Positions 11,845-23,800 of a stretch of 64,000 nt of DNA are shown piece by piece. Within the stretch, counting starts at the first letter, position 1; each line of letters opens with the position of its first letter. The notes beneath the pieces were generated by a model, which saw only the letters and a list, made by a program, of their open reading frames with translations, did not search any database and was not told the origin of the DNA. Origin of the DNA: Raillietiella orientalis. Taxonomy: Eukaryota. Position numbers and translations under genes: made by a program. The stretch covers positions 2,232,001 to 2,296,000 of the forward strand of contig JAYWIR010000016.1 of assembly GCA_036172245.1 (NCBI GenBank), given 5' to 3'.

Positions 11845-14800
11845 GTACGGTTGAATGGGATGTTTCCCCGAGGCTGTGTCGGTTTCGTTTCGTTTCTCAC
11901 GATCTCTTCTAGACTTCGCCAGCTGATTAGTCAGCTTCAAGAGAAGCACAGCATAAACCCGGAAGAGCTCCAGGCTCATCTGAGGGAAGCTATCAACGCC
12001 TTGGAGGATCTCCAGGAAGAAGAAATCGAGTAAGGCTTTGAACGTCTCTCTGACTCGTCGCGTCTCGCGTGGTCCATACTCGCTCGCTCCTCGGCCGGCA
12101 TCGGGTCAGCAACCCAGGAGGGAGAGCGCTTTCCGGGTCTTCAGCAGTGGGGGGTGGATGGGGGGGACATGTCCCCAAGTCCTGCTCGTTCGAAGAGCGC
12201 TCCGGAATCTTTCCTCGCCGCGTCCTTCCTTCATCCCGCGCTTGTGAGTCCCACCACACCCTCCCTTTTTCTCCCTTCATGAGTGAAGGGCGAGCGCCTC
12301 CTTTGAAATTCCTTCTCCGATTGGAAACCATGTCTTTCTCTACGCTGTACGGTGCCTGGACGAACAAGCAGGATGGAAGGAACGATTTCGAGTTCCGAGT
12401 CATCCTGGTTTCCGGAAAGGGCGAACATGAACACTCAAGAGGCCAACCGTTCTTGCAGGACGAGAAGACGGTCTGCCGAGTAATAAAGCGGCACACACAC
12501 CTATTCTCGAATCCACAGTGTCCAAGCAGCACCTTGTAGAGGAGGTGCCAGCGACGGGAAACGGAGTCGATGCCATCCCAATGCCCTGCCGAGCATGTTA
12601 TTTGTCCGTTGCACTCACGTCTCTCTTTCAACTGTGTTCCGCACACGGATCAGGGGACTCTTTCTCTGAACAAGAGAAGAGATTCAGAGCAAGATCTTCA
12701 GGAATGATGGCTTGCCTTCGACGCCTTCTGCTGTTTTGTCAAGAAGGCTGTTTGAAGAGATGACATCGGACGGCCTGGGAGGCATTTTCCGAGTTATGCT
12801 CTCACGGGCACCTCTCCAGTTGTTTAAAGGAGAGGAGAGGAGTTCCCCCCTCCCCCCTGTCGCGGGGGGGAGGGGGGGAACCTCCGAGTCGCCGCCTCTC
12901 CAGAGAGTGCAAGGAAGCAAGCGAGAGCTACGCTCTCTGAGTCGGAGGAAAAACTTCAAGCCTGATTTTTCACAAACATCTAATTAGCCCACCACGTTCA
13001 TCCGTAACTCCCACTTCCCACTTGGAATTTGTTTTCCAACGCAAGAGAACGTGCTCTCTTAGGAGAACGTGCTTTCCATTGGATAGAAAACAGAAGGTGC
13101 TGCTACAGAAGTCCCTCATCAGCACTTGCTTCTTGGCGTCTACACCAAGTGTTTTGTCCGAAAAATTAGAATAGATTCACCGCACCTCTGTGGGATGCTC
13201 ATTCACAGAGGACAGGAAGGGTAGACAGAAGCCTTAGTTCTCCGAGATCCACCATCGGAAACGGTAGTTTCTGAAAGGATTCCTAGGTTCGAATTTGTGC
13301 TCTGCAGATGCCACTTTGTGTACACATATAAAGTAGCCGCTTTGCCAACTGTTTGTACAGTTCATTTATCAGCATGTTACAAGGAGCTGTGTGCATACCC
13401 CGTATGTGTAAGCGACTCTTGAGATGTGAAAAAGGTGTCCAAAATTGTCCTCACAAATGTGTCCGCTTTACTTGCAAATCTGTGCATGTAAATTGTACAT
13501 GTGTACTTGTAAAGATGTTGTACTAACGAATGATTGATGCATATGCATATGAACACAAACCGACAACATAAAGAATCGCATCATCACTTCATCAGAAAGC
13601 ACACATTCATCTGTGTTTGGATGTGTCCTTTGTGAGGAGGAAAACAATATACCTGTGATTCTTCATTCGCAGCATTCACATTTGGTACTCATAAGTGGTG
13701 AACCTTGAAGAATGAGGATAAATTCTACTACAGAAATGAGACGAAAAAGTCAGTAGGATGAATTCCTACTACTACAATTTTCTGTAGAAGACATTCCTAT
13801 TTTCATCTCGTTTCTGTAGTACAACTTCCCGTCTATTCGCGAGATGACAACGGTCGTTGTGCAGCTTCTCTATGCAAGAAATGGATCCTCAAGTTTACAA
13901 TCAGTTCCGACGTGTTGCAAGGAAACGACAACGCCGTCACCCGTGATCTAAAGATGACGAAAGGTGACGCAAAACACGGACACACTGCTTCTGCGTGCTG
14001 CACACTGAGAGCTGACTTTCCTGCCTTCAAGATTCTCAGCAGTGCTCATGGCGTGTAGCGTCGCGATCGAGGCTGTGGTTACAGCTGACCGAGTTATAAT
14101 TTTCCGTGATGGTTGGCTTTTCAATGGTGCCGTCGAAAATTCAACTGGATAACCTGCTGTTCAACACGCTATTTACTTCATTAAATACTTGCAATTAAAA
14201 TTCACCTTACAAACTCCTTCCCGTCCCTACGAACTCTGTCCATGAAAGAATGCAAACAAAAAAAAAAGGAAGGAAGGAAATCCCTGCGATTTGTATTGAT
14301 TCTTTGTGAAGTGTCCTACTTTGTTTATTTGCTGTCAGTGTCTGTCATCCAAGTAGCTCACTCTGTGATCTATTTTCTTCTGGTCATACTTTACCAAGGA
14401 GAAGACGTTTTTAATTTGGTTATGCAAGAAGTCTAATATTTTACAATAACGATTGATTACATGAACCGAGTTCATACTAGGATGCTAGCAAACTGAATAT
14501 TTACAAATTAACACCGACAGAAATTAATAAGGACGTTAATTGCAAGATATTTAAACAGTGAAACAAATGTGATAGATCAATTGGTGCGCAAGTTGGAATC
14601 TGGAAAATACTCTTCTGTTAGCTGCAGAACAAAATTCTGGAAAAAAGAAAAAAAGAAAAAAAAAGGGCTATGCAAACCACGGGCTCCCATTCATCTAAGT
14701 TCAAGCATCTGAATTTTAGGCATAGAATACCGCAAGGGCATATCCATATCGACGCCATCTAAAGACGTCGAGTTAAATAAAGGTCATAAGAACTGGAAAA

Positions 14801-17800
14801 TGGGCATCAGCCATGGCTTCGTCCTAAGAATAAGTGATTGGCTAGGTCTAAAGTGGCATCGCTCTTCCAAGCACTTAAATGAGCCCTCGTATGGTGCCAA
14901 TTGGAGATGAACTTAAAGCTTTTTTGAAAATCTGGGATAACTCTCGATCACTTCCATTCACTTTTGAGTTACTTGAGTATTCCGGATAGAGAGCTCATTT
15001 CCAGTTCTTTTTTCGTTTGGATTCTTTCATGGACAGAGTCCATCGTTTTACCCTTCAGCGCTCGATAAAGTTTCCATCTTGAAAATGCAACCTGAATAAC
15101 GGCCGTGGCAACAGTCTTCGGTTTTCGAGAAGTGAAATTCTTGATCGACTTGACAACCTGTTCGACTTCATCGACAACTTCAGAGTGCCGAAGCTGAAAT
15201 TGGATGTATTAACGTCTATCTATCTCCAGGGACGATTCAGACTGACTCGTGAGCTGATGCCGTAGCCAGAAATGCAGAGAAATTGGGATGTTGTTGAACA
15301 GTTCCTTTTCCATGAGGTTTAGGTTCTTTTTGTAGGAGAATCCATCGGTATCTTTCCTATTCGGTTTCAGGATATACCGCTATATTCACAAGAGATTGAC
15401 TCCGATGTGACACGCAATTTTTCGCTTAGCTCAGGGGGATGTTTAGAGAACCACATTGGGGCTCAGAAAATAACATCGGATCCCATTTCTGCAAACTGAT
15501 CGGGGAGGCAGAGAGGGGCTGCTCCATGAACAGAATTTCTGCGAGTGAGAAAAGCATTTTTGCTGTGGAAACTCGGGAAATTAGGTGCCTGTAAGCACAT
15601 CTAAGGAACACGGCTAAGCGCGGGAAGGTGGATACAAACAGCATGAGCTAGTTATTCATTACTGAGGTCGGAATTCCGGGCAGAAGCTTAGTGTAGTCGG
15701 CGAGAAAATCAGCTCTCTTGGTAAGCTATTACGAGGGAGATGGAAGAACGAGTAAGACAAAGAGGCTTCTCGAAAACCCGGATGTCGTGAGAGTCAGTTT
15801 TTCCTGGATGCCTGGCTTATCACATCTTAGATCAAAGCGTTCCTCTGCATGAATGCCCGGTGTACCTTGGAGACTTTTTGCATTCCTAGACAGAAAGGGT
15901 ACTGTAAATCTCATAAGCGCGAAGACGCAAAGCATTCTGCGGTTTGGACCCAGGTAAGGCTAGGAAAAACAGCTCCCAGTGTGATTCCGAAGGATTTCCT
16001 AATCACGTCGAAAGGGAGGAAAGCAGCAATTACTCTTGCAAGATTACGTATTAACGTATTCTTCGTGGGACCATTTCACTTCTCCTGGAGAGAAAAATGG
16101 AACTTTCAGGATCACGAAGATTCTGACAAAAGAGTCAAGGGTCCAGTGAAGAACAGTTCCGATTTTCCAATGAACGAAACGCCAAATAGGAGTGTCCTCC
16201 CTCCCATCTTTCTTGCAATGCCCAACCTCATCTTGTACAAAGCTCCGCCGGACCGTGAACTCGGATGATAATGCAGAAAAGATTTTGGCACCTTAGTTCC
16301 AAAAATAAGCAAACACCCTTTTTAATGTGCAAAGAATTCGAAACTATATTGGTGACCTTGCATTTATTCTGGCACAAGCATTCAGTCCAGAGAGATCCTC
16401 TGAAGAGATATTTAAGTGGTTCTTGACATTGGTTTGCTCTGGATGCAAGAGTCGTCTTTCAAGTTCGGTTTCTTCTATCTTTGGGGTGAGCCCTTTTTTG
16501 CAGTGGCTTTAGGGTCTGAGCGTGGAGATTTTGATTACGTCATCATCCAGGGATATTCGATCAACCATTCTAGGCACTCTGAAAGGACGGTAGCCGGTTG
16601 GAACTCCTACCATGGCAAGGATGAATTCCAGAACACAGGAAAGTAGTGCTCATCGATTAGTTTCTCCTTCCAAAAGATAGTTTTCGGTGAACAACAGAAC
16701 GGTTGAGCTATCATGCTTATTTATATGTTCTGAGGACACAAGAGAAAATCCAATTCTGACCCAGGACTGTGAGTGCCACTTTGGAACATTCCCTACATCG
16801 TGAGAACTAGGAAAAATTTGGGGCACACGAAGATTCATCTATTACATTCGTTTCGGGTGAAAAATTTCTTAGTACCGTGGCATTTCCTTCAGTTGGCTGG
16901 TCCGGGCAGCACCTTTATTCCTTTAGATCAAAGCCAGAATCAGCTTACAGCCAGAATCTGCTTACAGAGATAAGAAGAGGCGATTATTTATAGAAAAAGG
17001 GGAGAGAGCTCTTGGACTGATACTCCTGAAAGACAAAAAAAAAGATACTCCTTTGCTTGATGCTGATTCTCTAGACATGAGCGGTCTCCACGTGGAATAT
17101 AGGCAATGGAGGAGCAGTACTTCGCTTTCCCAGAATTGAAATTTTGGGAACGCGAAGGGATTTCTCCTTTATCCAGAAATCCCTGGAGGAAGTAAACTCG
17201 GTTCTTTAAAAAGGTGTACTAGTCTCATTCAGCTTTCACTCCAATGTCTAGGGTTAGTTAGGTAAAACCATAAGCACTGGACTTGCATTGCGTCGATGCA
17301 GACGAAAAGAGGTGGGCTACGTTGACAACAGCATCTGGCCTAGGAATACGTCTTTCGCAGACCACAAAAAAAAAATCGCTTGCCCATCTTATGGGTTCTG
17401 CTGCAAATCCAGATGAATCGGAGCGGCAGAATGGCATTTTCTGTTCGAATTTTCAAACATCTCCTTAGAATAATGTGCACCGCTATAGCTGATCTTTCAC
17501 AAGCTGGAATTCGAAAATCCATCAATCTGGCACTATGATTTTCCCTCAGTCATTAGCAACCAGGTATAGTTTTCCCCCGAAACCTCAACGTCAGTGCCAT
17601 GGATGCTGATCTGAAGTTGCCTTTCGTATCTGGGTCCTTGCAGATCTTCGCTATGTGCTCTCTCTTTTTTGGTGTATGGGAGCAACGTCCGCAAAACAGG
17701 TACCTGTTTGGTCTCCGGAATATGCCAAGGAATACAGAATTCGGGCATCGAAGTTTCATGAATCTGTGAACGCAGGTGCTGCTTGCTTCAGTCATCATCT

Positions 17801-20800
17801 TGCAAGAAAAGATTCCCTTTCGCTGTTCATTCGCTTCATTCTGCTTTCGAAGTTCTCTTCATTCTTCCACAGCTGCCAGTAACAATTATGCAGGGCTACT
17901 GGGGACGCTAAAGACTATCTGAACCAGCAAAAGCTGGTAAAGTTGTGGACCAAATGTCTGGAGTGACTCAAGGGCCAGATGATTCATCACTCGTGAATCC
18001 TTAATGCAATGCAATTGATGCAGGACGACTACAAGGAATTCAAGAGCTGGAAGTGTAATGAAAAAACTGCAGGTTTTTGATTTCACTTGCAGAACATGCT
18101 GAGGTCACAGAGAGGTTGCCTGCCGGCCAGCAAAATATTTGCGTACGTATTCTCAAGGTTCTGCAAAGGTTGATACGCGCCAAATTACAAACCTCTCCCA
18201 AATTGAACACCTCGAGTTATTGAACAGGGGTTAAGCGGACCAGAAGGAGCTCTTCTAAGCTTCCCATCTTTCTGAGCAGTTCAGATCCCATGAGACTGTT
18301 CCAAGGAGAAATAATCCCAAAGCAATTAATTGCATTGAAGATCAACAACTCCGTCCAACATCACCGCTCGAATTTGATCACTTGACGGGGTTCCACTTCT
18401 GCCTCCGGCATTTTCTCGTTTCCCTTAAAAATCAGTGGAAAATGCATGCGAGACTGCATCAGAGTGGAATTTTGAAAATGAAGACCAATGTGTTACAGCA
18501 GCGGGAAGTCAAATTCACCACGAAGCCAAGACCTCGACCCACGCGGTCCCGGTGGCGCCTTCCCTTCCACTTCCTCCATCCTACCTGCGCTCTCGTTCTC
18601 ACCACTCACGGCGACCTCAAGTCGCCGGCTCTGAAGGGAGGCAGGCGCGTGCTTCGGGCTAAGGACGGCGCGAGGCCGGCGAGCCGACACTCGGACGGCG
18701 TCTGGCGGAGACGTTGGTGCGTTGACGTCTTTCGGCTGAGCGAAGAGCAGACTGCCAGCGGGCGCGTGTCCCGTCCGCCCCGGAGTCACCGCCGCCTGGA
18801 ACGCAGGCACGGCGGAGGCACCAGGTCCCTTCCACGCCTGGTCCGCTCGTGCCCACGATCACTGAGAGGGGGGTGGAGGATGGGGAGAATAAGGGCGTGC
18901 ACGTCCATGCCGAACGTCTTTCAGCCCCTGACCCTAGCCGCTCCCTTCCTGGGCCACGACACGCTTCCACGGAAGGGCGGGAGCGAGTCCGGCTTGGGAG
19001 TGGACCGCCTGCAAGCGCGAGCGGAACTTCCCTCTTCGGCTGAGCACCCTCTTCGGCACGTCGGAGGTTGTCGGCTGGCCCCAAGATTCCGGGGAAGCGC
19101 GCCGGCGGGAGAAGAGCAAGGGGGCACCATCGCGCCCCGGGACGAGAGAGGTCTTTCAGTCCAACGAAGAGCGGGCGCAGGCGTAGGTCGGTGGGACACC
19201 AGTCGCCGAGAGGGGCAGGGAGACGGAAGTGGACGTCAAGCGTCGTCCCCCTCTCTCCCTTGCAGGCTCTCCAAGGAGGATAACGAGTGTGATGTGCTGG
19301 CGACCGTCGAGGAGCACTCCGTCCCGGACGAGGTCAAGAATTGGCTGGCGTCGACATTCACGCGGCTGCCGAAGCCTCCACAGAACATCTTCGACAAGAG
19401 TTCCAAGTTCCGCTCCGTGGCGAACGCCATCCGGGCGGGGCTGTTCGTGGACCGCATCTACCGGCAGAGATTCATCGGCCAATACCTGGAGCAGCGGCTG
19501 GTCGCCGTGGATATGCTAAAGGTAGGCCCCCTTCCCGTGATCGGCGGCGAACCGGAAGCTCAGCGATCGCTTCGGGCGCGCGCGCTCGGCCGATGTGAAA
19601 GGGAGGGGGTGGTGTGCTCGCGCACGTGCGCGAGCATACACCTTATCGCTGTTCGCGTGCGAGAGCGCGCGAGGGCATCCAGCCGTGCCTACCCCTCTCT
19701 CCCTCTGTGCTGACCTGAGGCATTCCCTTGTTGGAGACGAGAGTCCCAGTATGCTGCCGGCCGCACGGGGACAGACGGCAGTCCATAGGCTGGTTCGACG
19801 GGAGCGCAGCAGCAAGAAGAGGAAGACTGCTCTCCCGAACCTTCTCGAGGGACTCGGGCCGCTACACGACGAGGCGATGTCAGATCTGGAAAGAGTCTGC
19901 CGCTGGAGAACATCGTCCCCGCAATGGCAGAAGCACATTTCTGGACCTTCCTCCAGAAATGTTCTTGCCCGGGCAGCACGGAAGAGGGGCGGCCGCTGGC
20001 CGAAAATCCGAGGCGAGAGGTCGGTCGGCTGGCTCAGGCATGGAGTCGCTGCCAGAGAAGAGGACAGCACCTGCTCGAGAAGATTTCGCGCCATTGAGAG
20101 ACGGGCAGGTGGACGTCTCCGGACGAACGCGTGGAGGACGCGGGCGGGCCGAATTCTCAGCCGGTCCATCGAGCGCATCTTTCCTCCAGGATTCACAAAC
20201 CGCGCTTGAGTAAGGAGACTGGGTCTTCCTCCCCCTCCCCTTCCAGTGCTTTCGTCTCGCACACCGCGACATCTGGGGATGGGGGAGGAAGGAGGGGGGG
20301 GGGTAAGAGGAGATCTGAAGACCAGCGTGAATTCTGAATGTCCTTACCCCAAGCGGAAGAGCAAAGGGAAGACTACCGCTCTCGGAGCTCGGCGATCCAG
20401 GGAGGAACGGGTTGCAGGAGGGATCTCACGCGAATGACCGACTGCGCAGGCGGCTATAGGGAAAACGCGCGTCCCGCACCCGCTGCGCATGTGCCCCAGT
20501 CGAAGGGCTCCTCCAAAGTCTGGATGGAGCCGAGGGTACGAGAGAGGAGAGCGTCCGCCTGTGACCACTCTCTTAGTAGTGGCGACCAGTCTTTCCGCTT
20601 TGCCCTTCTCCCGGTCTTCGTACTTCCTCGAGCGGTTCACGGTGCCCGAGCATGTTACCTTGGCGACCGGTCGAGGTAGAGGGAACCCCCCGAGAGCGCG
20701 CGCAGCTTCCGGGGAGACATCCGAATTTCCCGTTCCGAACTCCAAGCTCTTCACCACGAAGGCGGAGGACTGGGTGGTCGCCGCCTCGTGCTCTCTTCCT

Positions 20801-23800
20801 CAGGGTGCTGTCCGAGCAGGCGGGTCTGTGAGCTCTGAGCGGGAAGCCAACCGCCCCCTTTCTCGTCAGTCACGGCTGTTTCCTAGGGAACGCGCAATCC
20901 TCTTTAGAGGGCTGAGGCGCGCTGGCACTACGCCACCGGAGCCTCAACACTTCTCTGCAGCCGCAGCTCTCCTTGCCCGCCGCCGCGGAAGGCGTCCTGC
21001 CGCATCCTTTTCTCCGGGACAGCGTGGTGAGACTGCAGGATTAGGAGAGGCTCCGTCTCTCCTCTCCGGCATCTGCCCACTCTCCGGGTCAGGTGGCGTG
21101 ACCTCGGTGACCGTTCTTGCTTTGGCTTAGGACTGGAAGGTGTTGTATTCCTGGATGCCAGAGCTCTCTTTCCGCCTTTATAGAGCGAGCAGGAAGAAGG
21201 GGAGGAGTGAGTTGCATGCTCGGGGGGAAGCGGGAAGGCGAGGGGTCGAGCCGCAGGTCGCAGCGCCGGTGAAGGCACGGAACGCCCCTGGAGAGGGGAC
21301 CCCCTCGTGCGGGACGAAGGTCGCGCGCGACTCGAACGAGCCGACTAGCCGAGGTCACCGGGGTTCTTGCGGGGACCGGATAAGGGGTCGCCGCGAGCGC
21401 GAAGTATCCTTCGGCACGTTCCGATACCTGGGCGCCCAGGACATAAAACCATCCGCTTTCCGTGCCGCAGTGTCACGCGACTTAAAAAAAAAAAAAACAC
21501 ATGTCTGTCGCAAAGCACGATGTGCTGACCTGATTTGACCTTCACTCTACAGAGCGTGTCATTATTTCTAGAAAGTAGTGATCCTCCCTTACAATGAGAT
21601 GTTTCAGGTAGGACGTGGGGGGGACGCGTGAGGCCTTTGTCCACTGATACAACCCGTATCTCTTCCAGGAGATCGATGAGTGGAACTTCAATGTCTTTCG
21701 TTTCAATCAGCACACCAAGCAGGCGCCACTCACCCTGATGACCTGCGAGCTGTTCATCAAGTACGGCCTGGTGTCAAAGTTCAAGGTAGGCCGCAGTGCG
21801 CTGCCGCTACTTCACCCCCCGAGAAACCGGGTGCGCTGCCTCGAAGTCCGCTTCCTCCTCTTTCTCTTCCGCGGTTGCCCTAGGAGTCTCCGTCCAGGAG
21901 ACAGCCTTGCCGCTATGGAGTCTCTAAAGCCAGGGGACCTGCTCAAGCCTTCCCTCACTCCTCGCCCCTCCTCCCCTGCTCTCTCCCTCTCCCTTTCGGT
22001 TCACGCCACGGCCCCTTTCGCGTCGATGGTCCTCGGAAGGGCGCCGCAAGCCGCCCGGTCGGGAAGATCTCGGAGACTCGTCCGAAGGCGGGCACCGCCT
22101 ATTCGGCGACGGAGCCGTCGCCCCAGCGCGGAGTGGGCGGTGGCTTTGGTCTGGAGACTTGCGCTTTCCCGGAGAAGAGACGAAGGGCGGGAAGCGCTCG
22201 CGTTTTCTCGCAGGACGGGGCGGATGGGGGCGTCACGGAAAGGCGAACGAATCAGCAGGCGCGTTCCCCTTGGCGGTTTGCGCGGGAAACGCTGGAGCCA
22301 CGTGCTCAGCCTCCAAACGAGACGGGGAGCGCCCGGTTGCTCAGGGAAGCTCCGACTTGCTGCTTTTCGGACCCGCCTCCAGGAAGGACGACAGCGAGCG
22401 TTTCACTGGCAACGAGGGGAGCAGCCAGCGGTTCTCTCCTCCTCCTTCCCTCCCCTTCCGCGCGAGGCGCCAAGGAGGTAGCGAGGCAGAGTTGCGCGAC
22501 GCCCTCGAGGCGGCGATGCCGACCGAACTGCGGATGTCGCTCCCGGCTGCGTCGCCGCGCAGATCCTCTCGAGCCGAAGACGCGGATCTCTTACCCCCCT
22601 GGTGTCCAAGAAGTTTTGCTCGTTGTCATGGCATCGGAACACTCGTCGTCGAAATGGTCCCGCTCGTGTCAAGGCAAGCGGCCGTTGCTCTCCCACCCCT
22701 CCAGCACGGAGCGCTGAAGAACAAGCGCTCTTCTCCTTAGCTCCGGGAATGCGGCTGTGTGAGGTTGCCGCTGCAGGCCGTGGGCGTTTTGCACGCCTCG
22801 CGCCCACGTTGGCGCACGTGAGGGATGGAACGAGGGGTGGTCCGCGCACGCCCACGTGCGCGTCGGCATTCCGCGGCCGCCTCGCGCGAGCCTGGCACGA
22901 CTGCACGGCAACCGATATGGTCACAATGCTGTAGCTCTCCCGCATGATGAAAAAAGGATCCACGGATCGGATCGAACCTACGAAACGCGCGATCCTCCCC
23001 CTGCCTTCGGGAAGAGAGTAGCGGCTGAAATCTGCTGATCTCCCAGTCCCCTTCCCTCTCGCACGCCAGCTGCACCTTTCGCGTGTATCTCTCGCAGCAT
23101 CCGTCTCCATCTCTCTGCTTCTGCCCCATCTCTTCTGCACGCGCCCACCGCTTAGGGGGGTTGATGCACTCTGGAATGCGACGTGAGAGGATTCGGGGAA
23201 GGATGTGTGGGATGCGCACATCCAGCACTGCGCCTCAGGGGGACGGTCATCAAGAATTGCTCCCTGTCCACCGTCTGCGTCACGCAGGCCATCCATCCAT
23301 CTTGGAGTTTCCAGGAAGCATGCTTGCTGCCTGCAATGGACCTGCATTCAAGGGGACGTCTCTCCTGAACGGGAATGTGGAGAGAAGCGCTCGCACGAGT
23401 TTTGGATTCTCCCGGAAGCCCAGAAAAAAAGAGCTGACGAAGGTGATGGAGAACCGGAAGAGAAGGGCTTCCCGGAGGCGTTCCGCTTGCACGCATGCGA
23501 GCAGATCCTTCCGGGATAACATCTCTCGGACGGGATGGGAGCGCAGGAAAGCTGCCCATCTGTCCTGGCGTGGGAAACACTGCAGCCGGAAGACCCGCAA
23601 GCGGAGGAACTGATCCGGAAACTTTTGCGCTCCAATGAAGCTTTTGGACGAACGGAGGTGGCGAGGAGCGTCGGGATTCGTGCGCTCCTCGTCACGACCT
23701 CGCTGCAGGAAGATTCGATCTCAGAGTTTCCTGGGGACTTCTTCGCAGAAGAGGTCCTTCCTCGCGGAAACCTGCCGCCGGCAGGAGCGACTCGCTACAC

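Noticed and set aside
14700..18350. Endogenous RNA-virus polymerase, or F-box/LRR pseudogene (LPALEFL, SLEELLL), or a zinc-knuckle ORF1
   Set aside because: No RdRp motifs found; the ordered APE and RT relics fit a decayed LINE ORF2 better
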